A stretch of 64,000 bases of DNA from Octopus vulgaris (lineage: Eukaryota). The number at the start of each line of letters is the position of its first letter. Position 1 is the stretch's first letter. The stretch spans positions 58,404,001 through 58,468,000 of the forward strand of contig OX597822.1 in NCBI GenBank assembly GCA_951406725.2. The letters are read 5' to 3'. Made by a program: the position numbers and the translations under genes. A model generated the notes under the pieces. That model worked only from the letters and a program-made list of their open reading frames with translations. It did no database searches and was not told where the DNA came from. Of the stretch, positions 13,116 to 24,719 are shown piece by piece.

Positions 13116-13639
13116 TTACCAGTAAGAGACTAAAGGTATAGAAGGATATGGATAGATGTCTTGTAGAAGAGATACATGGATAGCCAAGTTCGAATAGAAG
13201 GGAGAGTAAGTTAGAGAATAAGATAAATAGAGCAATAGTGAGAGAGATGGTGGCGAAAATGTCTCAAGACAAGTCCTCAAAGAACATAGGGGGTGGTGAG
13301 AATAAATGAGGTGATACACAGGCTTGGGTAGGGTGGGTGGAGTGAAATATAGGAGATGGGCAGGGGTTATGGTGGACATGTGATGACATTGAAGGTGAGA
13401 GAAAATAAGGATGTTGTTAATAATGGAGAATAACAGAGGCAAGAAGGTACAGAAAAGTGGTGATTGGTGTAGACAGGAGATAATAGAAGGGGGGGAACAC
13501 AAAGAAAGCAGGGGGGATGTAGTATGTGACTACTCAGCTCTCAGGTGACAGAGAACCAGTGGGTGTTAGATGAAGTGTGGAAGGAAAAGGTAGACAGGTC
13601 AGAGGGAATGGAGGTGAGGGTGGAGCAGAGCTCCGTTAT

Positions 13640-14400
13640 GGACAAGCATTACCAAGATGACCTCCTTGGTGGGTGAGTCTTCTAAAGTACAGCACAAAGT
13701 GCCAGATATCTTGGCCCTTCATCATCTCCTTCATAAGGCTCTGCATCCTAAGATCAACCTTCAATACTTCATCCCATGTCTTCCTGGGTTTCCTTCTTCC
13801 ACAACTTCCATCCACTTTAAGTGATCGGCACTTCTTTATGCAACTGTCAACATCCATACACATCACAATCAAACCAGCACAATGTTCTCTCATGCACACT
13901 GTATTTAATTCCTCTAATGCCTAGCTTTTCTCTCAGTACACTTACACTGTCACCTGTGTACACTAACACTGCACATTCAGCAGAGCAGGCTAGCTGCATT
14001 CTTCTCTCATCTTTGTATGTTCTTTGCATGCAAAGCCCATGTCTTACTACCATGTAGCGTTGCAGTTTGTACACAGGCATCATACAAACTTCTTTTCACT
14101 TGGGGAGAGAGACTTTTGGTTGCCAACAGAGGTAAAAGATCTCTGAATTTTCTCCATCCTATTATTATTCAACTGCATTCTCCATACATCCTCCTCCACT
14201 AACAGAAACTCTGTACATGGCCTGTTCAGCTTTCACAAACCACTTGTCTACTCCTAACTTCCTCAAAGCGCACCATATCACACAGTAGGGTACTCAAAGG
14301 CTTTCTCCAAGTCAACAAATACCAAGGACAATGGTTTATTCTTAACCAAATACTTCTCCTGCAGTTATCTGAATATAAAGATAGCAATAGTGCTTCTCCT
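13640..14400 (-). mobile_element. Second, more decayed RTE-type LINE 3' fragment
   Basis: LREKLGIRGI and GRRKPRKTWDEVLK C-terminal motifs; colinear with 11870-13115 with an internal deletion. Confidence 0.8.
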
Positions 14401-15824
14401 TGGCACAAAGCAAAACAGCATTTCATCTAATCAATTAGGCTACTCAAACATTATTGTTAAAGCCATTTGTTTGTATTTCTCAAAGTGGCACATACCTGCT
14501 TGTTTCAGGTAGTTTGGATGCTAAAAATTAGTTCTCATTCCTTCTTTCACAATTCAACAGTTAAGTGATAAGAAGGGCATCCTGTCAATTTAAAGTGTTA
14601 CAGAAATGAATGGATTAAACCACTAACAAGAAGAGAACTGGCCATTAGTTTAGGCCTTGTTAATAACTTTACTTATAATACTTTCAGATAAAGCACCAAT
14701 ATTCTACTCTACTGCTTCACCTGGTTGAAAATAAATGCCACACCCACTTAATGGTCGAGTGATTAACGGGGTGGGGAGGTGCATTCACAGCAGGTGTGAA
14801 ACACTTTCTGCAACAATTGCACTTTGGTGAGCGAAATATAGTAGGTCATTTAGATGTTTTGTTTTTTGCTTAACTGATTTCCACTGCACTTTCGGCTTTA
14901 TCTAAGAGAATATTAGACGCACATACATAATGCTCATTCATAAAGATAAAGCATTAAAATTAAACTTGTAAAATTATACGCACATGTAGATTTGTTTGTG
15001 TATATATATAATCAACCAATCATAAATATAGACTTTATATCTGATAAATATTTATAAACACATTCAAAATACACGCACACACATAATACATATACACATA
15101 CATATATGCAGGTGTAAGAATAGCTATGTGTATGAATGCATGTGTTGCACACATAATCTATAAGACGGGGGAAATGTGCAACACTCAACATTTCAATTTT
15201 CACTAGATATAAGGAAAACATCGAAAATTTCAAACATTATACATTATTATTACATTTTAATAGTAAAGAAAAATAACGAAACGAAAACGATTATATATTA
15301 ACCTTTCAGCTTCCGTTTTTTACCTTCTCAAGACGAAAAAAAGGTGTCTACCTATTGTAAAGTACATTCATTACACAACATTATATTTTCTACAGAAATG
15401 GTTCATGTTTCAAATTCCCCCTACACATTCATATATGTACTATTCATTTCCACTGTTGTTAACTTTCGATTAAATATATATATATATGTATGTATATATA
15501 TATATAATGGTACATATACAGATAATGGTAAACGTGGACCAGAATCGATGTAAATGACATAATCTTCTAATAATTTAAACACTGTTCTACGAAAAGAAAA
15601 ACAACAGAAATTTAGAAAATTTTCGTAAACAAAGATAAAAATTTTAAGATTTTCTAGAACGGAAAATAGGTCCTTACTCTTTAAAATGAAAACAAAAGTC
15701 CTGATAAAAAGTGAGCGAAGGAAGATAGCAAAATAGAAAATGCTTGGTAGCACGTGGAGTAAAAGCTTCGCTAATCGATAGAAGAAAACAGGCCATGAGA
15801 GTCATTAGAATGGAAACAACTTAC

Positions 15825-15953
15825 CTGCATGGAATCAGCATTTATTATTTCGCCAGAAAATACTTTAGCAAGTTCAATTGCGAGTTTAGATTTACCAGTT
15901 CCAGTGGCACCTAATACTACAACTACAGGAAACCGACTACGTAGTGCAGCCAT
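15825..15953 (-). CDS. TRIT1: tRNA dimethylallyltransferase (isopentenyltransferase), coding exon 1
   Basis: Translates [43 protein letters not shown], with the P-loop GATGTGKS and DSMQ motif of MiaA/Mod5/TRIT1. ATG at 15953; ends in phase 0 at CAG|GTAAGT. Confidence 0.95.
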
Positions 15954-16202
15954 GTTTTTGCATGTAACTATGGGAGACAAATGCTGTAATAAAATTACTT
16001 TGCCTAAAGAGTTTCCTATAATTCAGGTTTCTTGCATTTTTTTGATGCTGTATTTTTGTTTTTCTTTTTAATATTTAGTAATTTTGTCTTCTATGCGTCA
16101 TCTACACACATACACAAATATTTGCTAAGCCTGTAGGGCGGGGCAGTGCCCATGGTCTTTACAGGTTCTCTGAGACAAATGCCATTAATATTCCACTGAA
16201 AC

Positions 16203-16416
16203 AAAACGGCGAGCTGACAGAATCGCTAGCACGCCGGTCGAAATGCTTAGCGGCATTTCGTCTGTCTTTACGTTCTGAGTTCAAATTCTGCTGAGGTCGG
16301 TTTTGCCTTTCATCCTTTCGTAGTTCATAAAATAAGTACCAGATGAGTACTGGAGTTGATGTAATCGACTTAGCCCTCGCCCAGAACTTGCTGGCCTTGT
16401 GCCAAAATTTGAAACG
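16203..16416 (+). mobile_element. SINE family B with 16-bp TSD, just upstream of TRIT1
   Basis: TSD AATATTCCACTGAAAC at 16187-16202 and 16417-16432; B-box-like GAGTTCAAATTC; central GCCTTTCATCCTTTCG motif. Confidence 0.85.
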
Positions 16417-16480
16417 AATATTCCACTGAAACTGTTGCAAGAAATAACTATGCAGGAAATTCCAGAGAGTTGGTGTTTGT

Positions 16481-17022
16481 GAAGGCGCGTGGCTCAGTGG
16501 TTAGAGCGTCGAGGATGTGAGCTCGAATCCCTGACCGAGCTGCGTGTTGTGTTCTTGAGCAAGACGCTTTATTTCACGTTGCTCCAGTTCACTCAGCTGT
16601 AGAAATGAGTTGCAACGTCACAGGTGCCAAACTGTATCGGTGGTTGCCTTTCCCTTGGATAACACTGGTGGCGTGGAGAGGAGAGGCCGGTATGCATGGG
16701 CGACTGCTGGTCTTCCATAAACAACCTTGCCCGGACTTGTGCCTGGGAGGGTAACTTTCTAGGTGCAATCCCAGCCGTTCAAGAATTTGGACCTGGAGAT
16801 CTCCATTTCCAGCAACTTCGAGGGCCACCTCCCAGTGGTGTCGGGCGTCAACGAAGAGCCCTCGACTACAGCAAGACGACCAAAGTTGTTTTTTTTCCAA
16901 GGTCTGGGGTCTCCCGCCCCTAAGCCCTAGACCATCACCTAATCATCCTTACCAGTCTTGTTGCTTAACAATAACAACAAGGAGCAATCCCATGGTCTGT
17001 GTCGTGACCGAAGAGGGGGTCT
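16481..17022 (+). mobile_element. CORE-like SINE family C interrupted by a 207-bp insertion
   Basis: tRNA-like head GGCGCGTGGCTCAGTGGTTAGAGCG; matches the 11031 copy and resumes at about 16992 after the insert. Confidence 0.8.
16773..16979 (+). mobile_element. 5'-truncated LINE-like 3' end nested in SINE C
   Basis: 12-bp TSD AGG(T/A)GCAATCCC at 16761-16772 and 16980-16991; AACAATAACAACA tail. Confidence 0.7.
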
Positions 17023-17842
17023 CAGGTGTTTTGACAAAGATGGGCTGGCCGTTGTGGTTTGTACGGGACCTGAGAGAATCCAGCCAGTTGATTAAGGTAA
17101 TAGCTAACTTCAAAACCTATTACCGTTGAAGAACTTTTAAAAGAACATAAAAGCAATTGATGAAGCAACTAAACCTACAGATAGAGACTTCTAGAAAAAG
17201 TTCAACGTTATGGATGATGTTTGTCTATTAAAGATTTGATGTTGTTGGAACAAGACCAGTAGCATCGGCAAGAAAAGGATATAGCAACTACTTCTATTCC
17301 ATTTAGGTGGCGTTTTCTTTCTTGCACACTAGATCTAATGTCTCGTATAGCTTAAGGGCTCGCACTTCTAGAAGGTCAGTAAGGTTCTGTCAACAGTGAT
17401 CCTAATCGCGAATGTATTATAAAAACTACAAGGGGAATTCAAAATGAGCTCAGAAGTACATGAATGGAGCACACCGTAAAAGCCAGAATAGTTATTGTGC
17501 AACAGATAGGTGGGTGGATATCTCTAAATATGTGGAGACTGTGAATAGACGTATCAGGCAGAGATGTATTCCGAAGCAAAAGAAGCTACTCAAGTAAATA
17601 CATGAATGGATACTATAAAACAGGCAAGTATTAAAACATTCAATGCCAAGTTTCAGATAGCAATCATTATGAGAAATGACATTGATAATATTATTGTTTA
17701 TGAAAGTGTTGCATGTAATAGTGTTAAAATTGTTATAAATCTGTATATCAAGGTAGGTAAGATCATTTAAAAAAATGATGGAATTAATAGACATTGTGAT
17801 TTTATTGAACCAAATCTGTTAGAAACAGTTTAACTGTCTTTT

Positions 17843-18230
17843 GTAGTGGGATATAGACTGGTAATGGAGAATAAATATCACCGGATCACCATTTAGTAAA
17901 GAGTATTATGGATCATCAACGAAGAAACGATTAGATTCATTTCTCGGACTTGTTAATTTCTACGAAAGATTAACAAATTATCGCCGCTTGCATCACTTCG
18001 TAAACATGATGTTTCTATTTTCATGAGAAGTTCAACAACAAAGTTTGGGCATATAAAGCTGATGTTAATGCCAAAGTCAGTGGTAAGCATATATGATGCT
18101 ACGAAAGGAGTTACTTTAACTGATGCAATTGAAAATGCTATGATCAGGAATATTTTCGCAAGGAAGCCATCCTCTACTATAATTGCCACGAGCATGAACC
18201 ACTACTTGAACGAGTTACTCAAATATTGAA
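17843..18230 (+). pseudogene. Decayed Ty3/Gypsy pol (RT-RNase H junction)
   Basis: Cross-frame translation gives ISPDHHLVKSI, LDSFLGLVNFYERL and IYDATKGVTLTDAIE, resembling Gypsy LRSFLGLVNFY and TTDAS motifs. Confidence 0.65.
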
Positions 18231-18545
18231 AGGAAAGCCTAGGTAATGGTGTAGTATACTCGAAAAGTACGGCATTCTCTACTTGGCAAAAATTTTAATT
18301 CATCTCAGGTTATAGGCCACTAGAATTTATTGGGGGGGGGGGAAATTGTGGTTTACTGAGAGTAATATTTATTTGTATTTTAAGATGGGTTTCACAAATG
18401 ACAGCATTTGATTAACAGATATCTAATTTAATACAAGGCGGCGAACTGGCAGAGACGTCAGCATACTGGGCGAAATGCTTAATCCATTTGTCTGTCCTCG
18501 TTTGTCTCCTTTGTGTTTAGCCCCTTGTGAGTAGTAAAGAAATAG

Positions 18546-19330
18546 GATATCGACTCATTACTCGTTTTTCTAAAATGCACCATAAATGTTCCATAATATT
18601 GAGGTCTGGGGACTGTGGTGACCAGATAAGATGTTCAACTTCACTAGAATGTTCCGCGTACCACTCAGTAACAAATTTAGCTATGTGAATTGGTGCATTA
18701 TCATCCTGAAAGATTGCGTTTCCCTCCGGAAACAGTTCCGCATCTATAGGATGAATTTGATCAGATAAAATGCTTAAATAGTCTTGACTATTAATTCTAC
18801 CATGAAGGGAAACCATTAGTCTGGCGGATTTCCAAGATATAGCCGCGCCCCTCCCCCGCTCCAGATCATCACTGATCCTCCTCCATGTTTAACAGTTGGA
18901 AAAAGGTAGTCTGGGTCAAATGCTTCTTTTGGCTGTCTCGCCACGTATACTCGGCCGGTGGTCGGAAATAAGGTAAATGATGACTCGTCTGAGAATATAG
19001 CATTCTTCCACTGCTCTAGGGATCAATTCTGTAGGTTTTTACTGCACTCTAAACGGTTTGCAACGTTTGTTTTTGAAAGCAGTAGATTTCTGATTGCAAC
19101 CCTCCCCTGAAATCCGGTTTTGTGCCGCTCCCGGCGAACAATTTTTGTGGAAACTGGGTTCTCGATGTGGTCATTAAGCTCTGCAGTAATTTTGGGAGCT
19201 GTACTTTTGTGATCCTTTCTAACAATTCGCGTAAGAGTCCGATGGTCTCTATCTGAAAGTTTCGGCTTTCTTCCGGAGTTTTGTTTCGACAAGGAAGATG
19301 TTCCCTCTTTCTCAGAGGCTGTCATTACTG
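18546..19330 (-). mobile_element. Tc1-family transposase pseudogene
   Basis: SGRKPKLSDRD HTH linker, FSDES, IFQDDNAPIH and WSPQSPDLNIMEHLW (DD34E-type motifs); frameshifted; TIRs not identified. Confidence 0.9.
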
Positions 19331-19691
19331 GCTACACCATGTGAAGCATATTTGTAGAAAATTTCATTAAAAAATATCTATTTTACTGGAAGTTATGAGG
19401 AAACAGAATCGTGGGGGAAGGGGCACACATGAGTAGATTTGCCAAACTCCGCCAATTGGTTTCCCTTGTTGCATAATTATTTTTAGTTAATATTTCGTCC
19501 GCCGCTACATTCTGAGTTCAAATTCCGCCGAGGTCGACTTTGTCGTTCATCCTTTCGGGGTCGATAAATTAAGTACTAGCTGCGTACTGGGTCGATCTAA
19601 TCGACTGGCCTACCTCCCTAAAAAATGTGGGCCTTGTGCCTAGAGTAGAAAAAATTATTTTTAGTTAGATTTTGCTGCTTGCATTGGATAT

Positions 19692-20018
19692 ACACTGGTG
19701 AAAATAAATTTAAGACCGATGATAAAAGTTCTATTTCTTACAAAATATTTTGTTACTAACACTATACAAATTATTTTTATCTTTTACAACATATGCAGAA
19801 TTTATTTCTCTTTCGAATGATGCAGACAATAACTATTTTTATACAACTTGAAGAATTCTAATGCAAAATTAATATAGTTATTGTCTGCATCATTCGAAAG
19901 AGAAATAAATTCTGCATAAGGTGTAAAAGATAGAAATAATTTGTATGGTGTTAGTAACAAAATATTTTGTAAGAAATAGAACTTTTATCATCGGTCTTAA
20001 ATTTATTTTCGCCAGTGT
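19692..20018. mobile_element. Fold-back (palindromic) MITE with ~145-bp arms
   Basis: 19692-19836 is a near-perfect inverted repeat of 19874-20018 around a 37-bp spacer; ends CACTGG...CCAGTG. Confidence 0.8.
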
Positions 20019-20298
20019 GTTAACACTAAGGCGGTAAGCTGGCAAAATCATCACGCATTGGACAGTAAATATGCTTGGCGGTATTTCTTAGAGATCACTA
20101 CGTTCTCAATTCAAATCCTGCAGAGGTTAACGTTGCCTTCCATCCTTTCGGGATAGATAAAATAAAGTACTTAGTTAAGTACTGGAGTCAATGTAATAAA
20201 ATAACTGACCTTGTGCCAAAATTTGAAACAAATATGTTAACACTAACTTAACTACAGTTCTTATAAAACAAAGTGAGGACGCTCTAGGGGCCAGGTAC

Positions 20299-20347
20299 TC
20301 GCGACTGACGACGAGCCAAGTAGCTCGAAACTGAGTCAGTCTCACGA
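20299..20347 (+). ncRNA. Type I hammerhead ribozyme motif (minimal, palindromic stem III)
   Basis: TCGCGA-CTGACGA-C-GAGC caagta GCTC-GAAA-CTGA g TCAG-TC-TCACGA: both core boxes, 4-bp stem II, GUC triplet, 5/6-bp stem I. Confidence 0.75.
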
Positions 20348-21048
20348 TCCTGTTGTCTTCTAGAGGATGGTAGGAGTTCGCACTACCTGCTAGCAATATA
20401 TATTGTATATAAAGGGTGCGGCGACGCACCGAAAACCATCTGGCGGAGGATCTGTCTGGGGTTAAACAAGTAGTAACATGGAACAGCCACTTTGACGTGG
20501 CGAATGACTTTACTTGAGAGTGAAGACAGATTTATTTATTTGTTCTCTTTTTTTTTTCTGTCCCCTTTAAGAAAATAATTTAATTCCTTATTTCTTTACT
20601 TATTGACATGCTTTAATGTCTTTTAAAATACCTTTTTGATATAAGGTCATTTTTTTAGCAATGCCTAGTGGGCGGCATTCTTGGACAGGAAACTGCTGGC
20701 TTGAAGGTTGAGTAGATATTTGGTATGCAGGTCTTGGAATGTATTCCTTTCACTTACCCTTTCCGTATGAGTCCGTGTGTTCATGTAGGCATGTGTCTGT
20801 GGTGTGTGTATGACTCTGTGTGTGTGTGAGAGAGAGAGAGGGGGGGGAGGAAAAAGAAAGAAAGAGGAAGAGAAGCTTGTTCTGAACATTTAGCTTTTGT
20901 GTTTGTTGTTGATTTTATCTTTAATTCCCCTTATCTTAATTCCTCTTACTATCAATACCAATTCCCCACTATGCTATGTACTTTGTTGTCGCTGTTGTTG
21001 CTTAGAACCCCGTGGTTAAATCTGATCGTGAAGAACCAAGATGATGAA

Positions 21049-21455
21049 AGGCGGCGAGCTGGCAGAAACATTAGCAGGTCGGGCGAAATGCGTAGCCGTA
21101 TTTCGTCTGCCGTTACGTTCTGAGATCAAATTCCGCCGAGGTCGACTTTGCTTTTCATCCTTTCAGGGTCGATAAATTAAGTACCAGTTACGCACTGGGG
21201 TCGATATAATCGACTTAATCCGTTTGTCTGTCCTTGTTAGTCCTCTCTGTGTTTAGCCCCTTGTGTGTAGTAAAGAAATAGAAATAGGTATTTCGTCTGC
21301 CGTTACGTTCTGAGTTCAAATTCCGCCGAGGTCGACTTTGCCTTTCATCTTTCTGGGGTCGATAAATTAAGTACCAGTTACGCACTGGGTCGATGTAATC
21401 GACTTACTCCTTTTGTCTGTTCTTGTTTAGCCACTTGTGGGTAATGAAGAAATAA
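21049..21455 (+). mobile_element. SINE family B, head-to-tail dimer
   Basis: Full unit, then a second unit restarting at GGTATTTCGTCTGCC. Confidence 0.85.
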
Positions 21456-21816
21456 GATGATGAAAGACATTCCAGTCACGACCATCTCACAAGAACAACA
21501 TTCTCTAATCCTGTGGTTTCCAACGTGTGGGCTAAACCCTAAATTTGGACGCAGTCTAATTCTCAAAAAAATGGCCAAAACGAAGTCTGTTTTGAAATTT
21601 CTTTTTATCTTTAAAAAAATTTTTTTACCTTCTATTTCTGTCATTGGATTGCGGTCAAGCTGAGACAGTGCCTTGAAAGGTTAAGTCGAACAAATTGACC
21701 CCAGAACTTAAGCCTGGCATTTGCATATTCCTCCTTTTGCCGAACCGTAATTTTACGAGGACGTCAACAAGACAAAACCGGTTGTCAAGCAGTGTGGGTA
21801 GACAGACAGACAGACA

Positions 21817-21868
<52 letters not shown>

Positions 21869-22431
21869 ATGGACTTTCACATACTTTCCGTGGACTAAAT
21901 CCACTCACAAGGTATTGATCGACCCAAAGAGCTATAGCAGAAGAAACTTACCTAAGGTGCTGTGCAGTGGGACTGAACCCGAAATCACGTGGCTGCAAAA
22001 CGAGCTTCTTTATCACATAGCCATGCCTGCACCCACATAGTTCCTTTGTTGGATCACTGCTCACCATGTATTTATATCTCAAAGTAAGTTTATAATATCT
22101 GTTTAAAATATACATCAAATTTTAACATATTGTCATTGTATAACTATTTATAGTTGTGCGCACACATACGTATGCTATTTTGTATATCAATATGTTTCAG
22201 CCAACACTGTACGTATAGAAACATTTCATCTATGTAGACAATAACTTTATGAACAGAAGAATTTCAAGTTTGTACAGGGACATCATCAGAAAGGTGCCGT
22301 CTTAACTATCCACAGAGAAACACTGCTTACAAACCTGTTATTACTAAGAACTTATGTAAATTAGATAGAACGATTCGCATATTAAAGCAAATTCTTGGTA
22401 TCATGCTTGATTAATAAGTTAATGGTGCGTA

Positions 22432-22684
22432 AGGCGGCGAGCTGGCAGAATCGTTAGCACGCCGGGTGAAATGCTTAGCGGTATTTCGTCTGCCGCTACG
22501 TTCCGAGTTCAAATTCCGCCGAGGTCGACTTTGCCTTTCATCCTTTCGGAGTCGATTAAATAAGTACCAGTTACTCACTGGGGTCGATATAATCGACTCA
22601 ATCCGTTTGTCTGTCCTTGTTTGTCCCTTCTGTGTGTAGCCCCTTGTGGGCAGTAAAGAAATAAGAAACGTTAGCACGCCGGGC
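22432..22684 (+). mobile_element. SINE family B, full unit plus start of a second
   Basis: GGCGGCGAGCTGGCAGAATCGTTAGC...GTAAAGAAATAAG, then AAACGTTAGCACGCCGGGCG. Confidence 0.85.
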
Positions 22685-22854
22685 GTCTGTTACTGAAGAT
22701 TTCTTGTTGGAGTGTGTTCGTGAGTTTCTATTAATTGTTATATTTCTTGCTGTTCCTATTGTTGGACTTATTGTTGAAAAAGTTATAGTATAGTTTTCTA
22801 TCGAAAGCTATTTGTGGTTTTCCCCTCTGGGGGAAAACATTAATTGCCGGCAAG

Positions 22855-23735
22855 ATGGCGAAAAGTTCGTGTTCTTCGTCGGTGGACGAATCGATTGAAA
22901 GAGAAGCAAAGAAAATTGAAAGCTTAATTTTTGACCACGTTTCTGATGTGTCGGAAAGCGAATTTCCAACATTGCCAAGTGTTACGAACACTAAAATAGA
23001 AAGACAGAAAAAGGGACTATCCAAAACGAAGAAAAGAAAAGTTTTGCGTCAGCGGCTGGTGGTGGAACACGACAGCTGTCAACTGACATTAAGAAAATAT
23101 TTAATATATAAAGATATGATAACGGAACGAAATGGAATTGTCAAAGTAGAAATACCAGAAGAAGAATTGACAGAGGAAAAAAAGAAAATCATTATTTTAA
23201 AGACCTTTTGCTTAAAAGCACGCAAAATTGATAAAATAAGTGAACAAAAAATTGAAAAATGTTTAAAACCCATCTGGCAGGACATTACATATCTCACCAG
23301 AGGGAAAAAGTTTGGAACCATCGAGGTAAGGTTAAAGGATGCAGAAACGGCACAGAGACACTCTATAAAATCTTTAGAGTCGGACGACACTATGTTAATC
23401 CCAATCTACATGGGAATGAGAACGTCAAAAGTGAGAATACCTAGAATTCCGCCCAGAGTGAACCCTATGTGCTTGATGGCGACAGTCCTGGCAAACAGGG
23501 AAGATAGTATTAACCTCCTGCAGGCTACCGTCACAGAAAATACTTACTGGACAGGTCAGACGCTTAACATCATATTACAGGCTGACCAAAAAGTTTAGCA
23601 CAGCTCCCAGAAATCGTGGAAGTAGGGGAGGAAGTTCTAAAAACTTTTGCTGAGGGGCAAAAGCCCCGATGTTTCGAGTGTGGCCAACTGGGTCACATTA
23701 AAAAATTCTGTAAAGAAGGTGTAGAAGAATCAGAC
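22855..23735 (+). pseudogene. Non-LTR retrotransposon ORF1/gag-like protein with CCHC zinc knuckle, one frameshift, 3'-truncated
   Basis: A 247-aa ORF continues after a frameshift near 23595 as LAQLPEIVEVGEEVLKTFAEGQKPRCFECGQLGHIKKFC (CX2CX4HX4C); cut off by a SINE A fragment at about 23737-23913. Confidence 0.75.
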
Positions 23736-23917
23736 TTATATACATATATACGACGGGCGTCTTTCAGTTTCCGTCTATCAAATTCACTCACAAGGCTTTG
23801 GTTGGCCAGAGGCTATAGTAGAAGACACTTGCCCAAGGTGCCACACAGTGGGACTGAATCCGGAACCATGTGGTTAGTAAGCAAGCTACTTACTACACAG
23901 CCACTCCTGCGCCTACA

Positions 23918-23949
<32 letters not shown>

Positions 23950-24663
23950 CATACATATGCATCCATATATATACATATATACTGACTTTAAAAGAACAGT
24001 ATTTTACTCCACCTTTGGTAATCGGGTACTATTTTCCCCACCTTGTTTTGCACCTATGGGCTTACTTGTGTGTACACACATATATGTGATGGTTTGGCTT
24101 TGCGGTGAGAATTAACAGAGCGGGTTGTCCACGACTTACATACGTACAGGCGGACAGACTCAACTTCGAGCCACGCCATTGCTTGATTGTTCTCTTAAAC
24201 ATGAGCAATGCAGATGTAGCTTTCTAGATCTGTTTGGGACGTACACTCTTTTGAACAGGTATAACAACGACGGGCGCCTCTTGCAGCAAGTGTTCAGAGA
24301 GTCACTACCTATGTTGACCCGCCTTCAATCCATCATGGACTTTTCTTTTCTTGTGTATGAATCATGGCTGCGGTAAGCCATAGCATGCTGCTCATTATAG
24401 AGATATCAACAAATTAAGCGAAAATTGTGCTTGCAGCTTTTTAAAGGTCCTTGCTCAAGGCCAATCCAACTCCCAGAACGATGTATGCATTTGTCCAAAA
24501 CAAAAGTGTAGTCTATATCATTAGAAGCAAACAAAGTCGCAGGTGTTATGTCAGAGTTCTTTTTCATAGAGAGATGGCTAAACAAAGACTTTGTCAGCTT
24601 TTGCTTTTCGACCTGCAGACTGCACAATAATAACTGGCAAGTCTACCTTCGTAGGGTTTTACA

Positions 24664-24719
<56 letters not shown>

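Larger units (their letters stand above)
9638..15824 (-). other. TRIT1: TRIT1 intron (major, U2-type GT-AG), 6187 bp
   Basis: GTAAGT donor at 15824; TTGCTTTTTCTATTGCAG acceptor ending at 9638. Confidence 0.85.

Noticed and set aside
22411-22677. Recurrent ORF peptide RKDERQSRPRRNLNSER (also at 16159, 26227, 42266)
   Set aside because: Antisense translation of SINE B.
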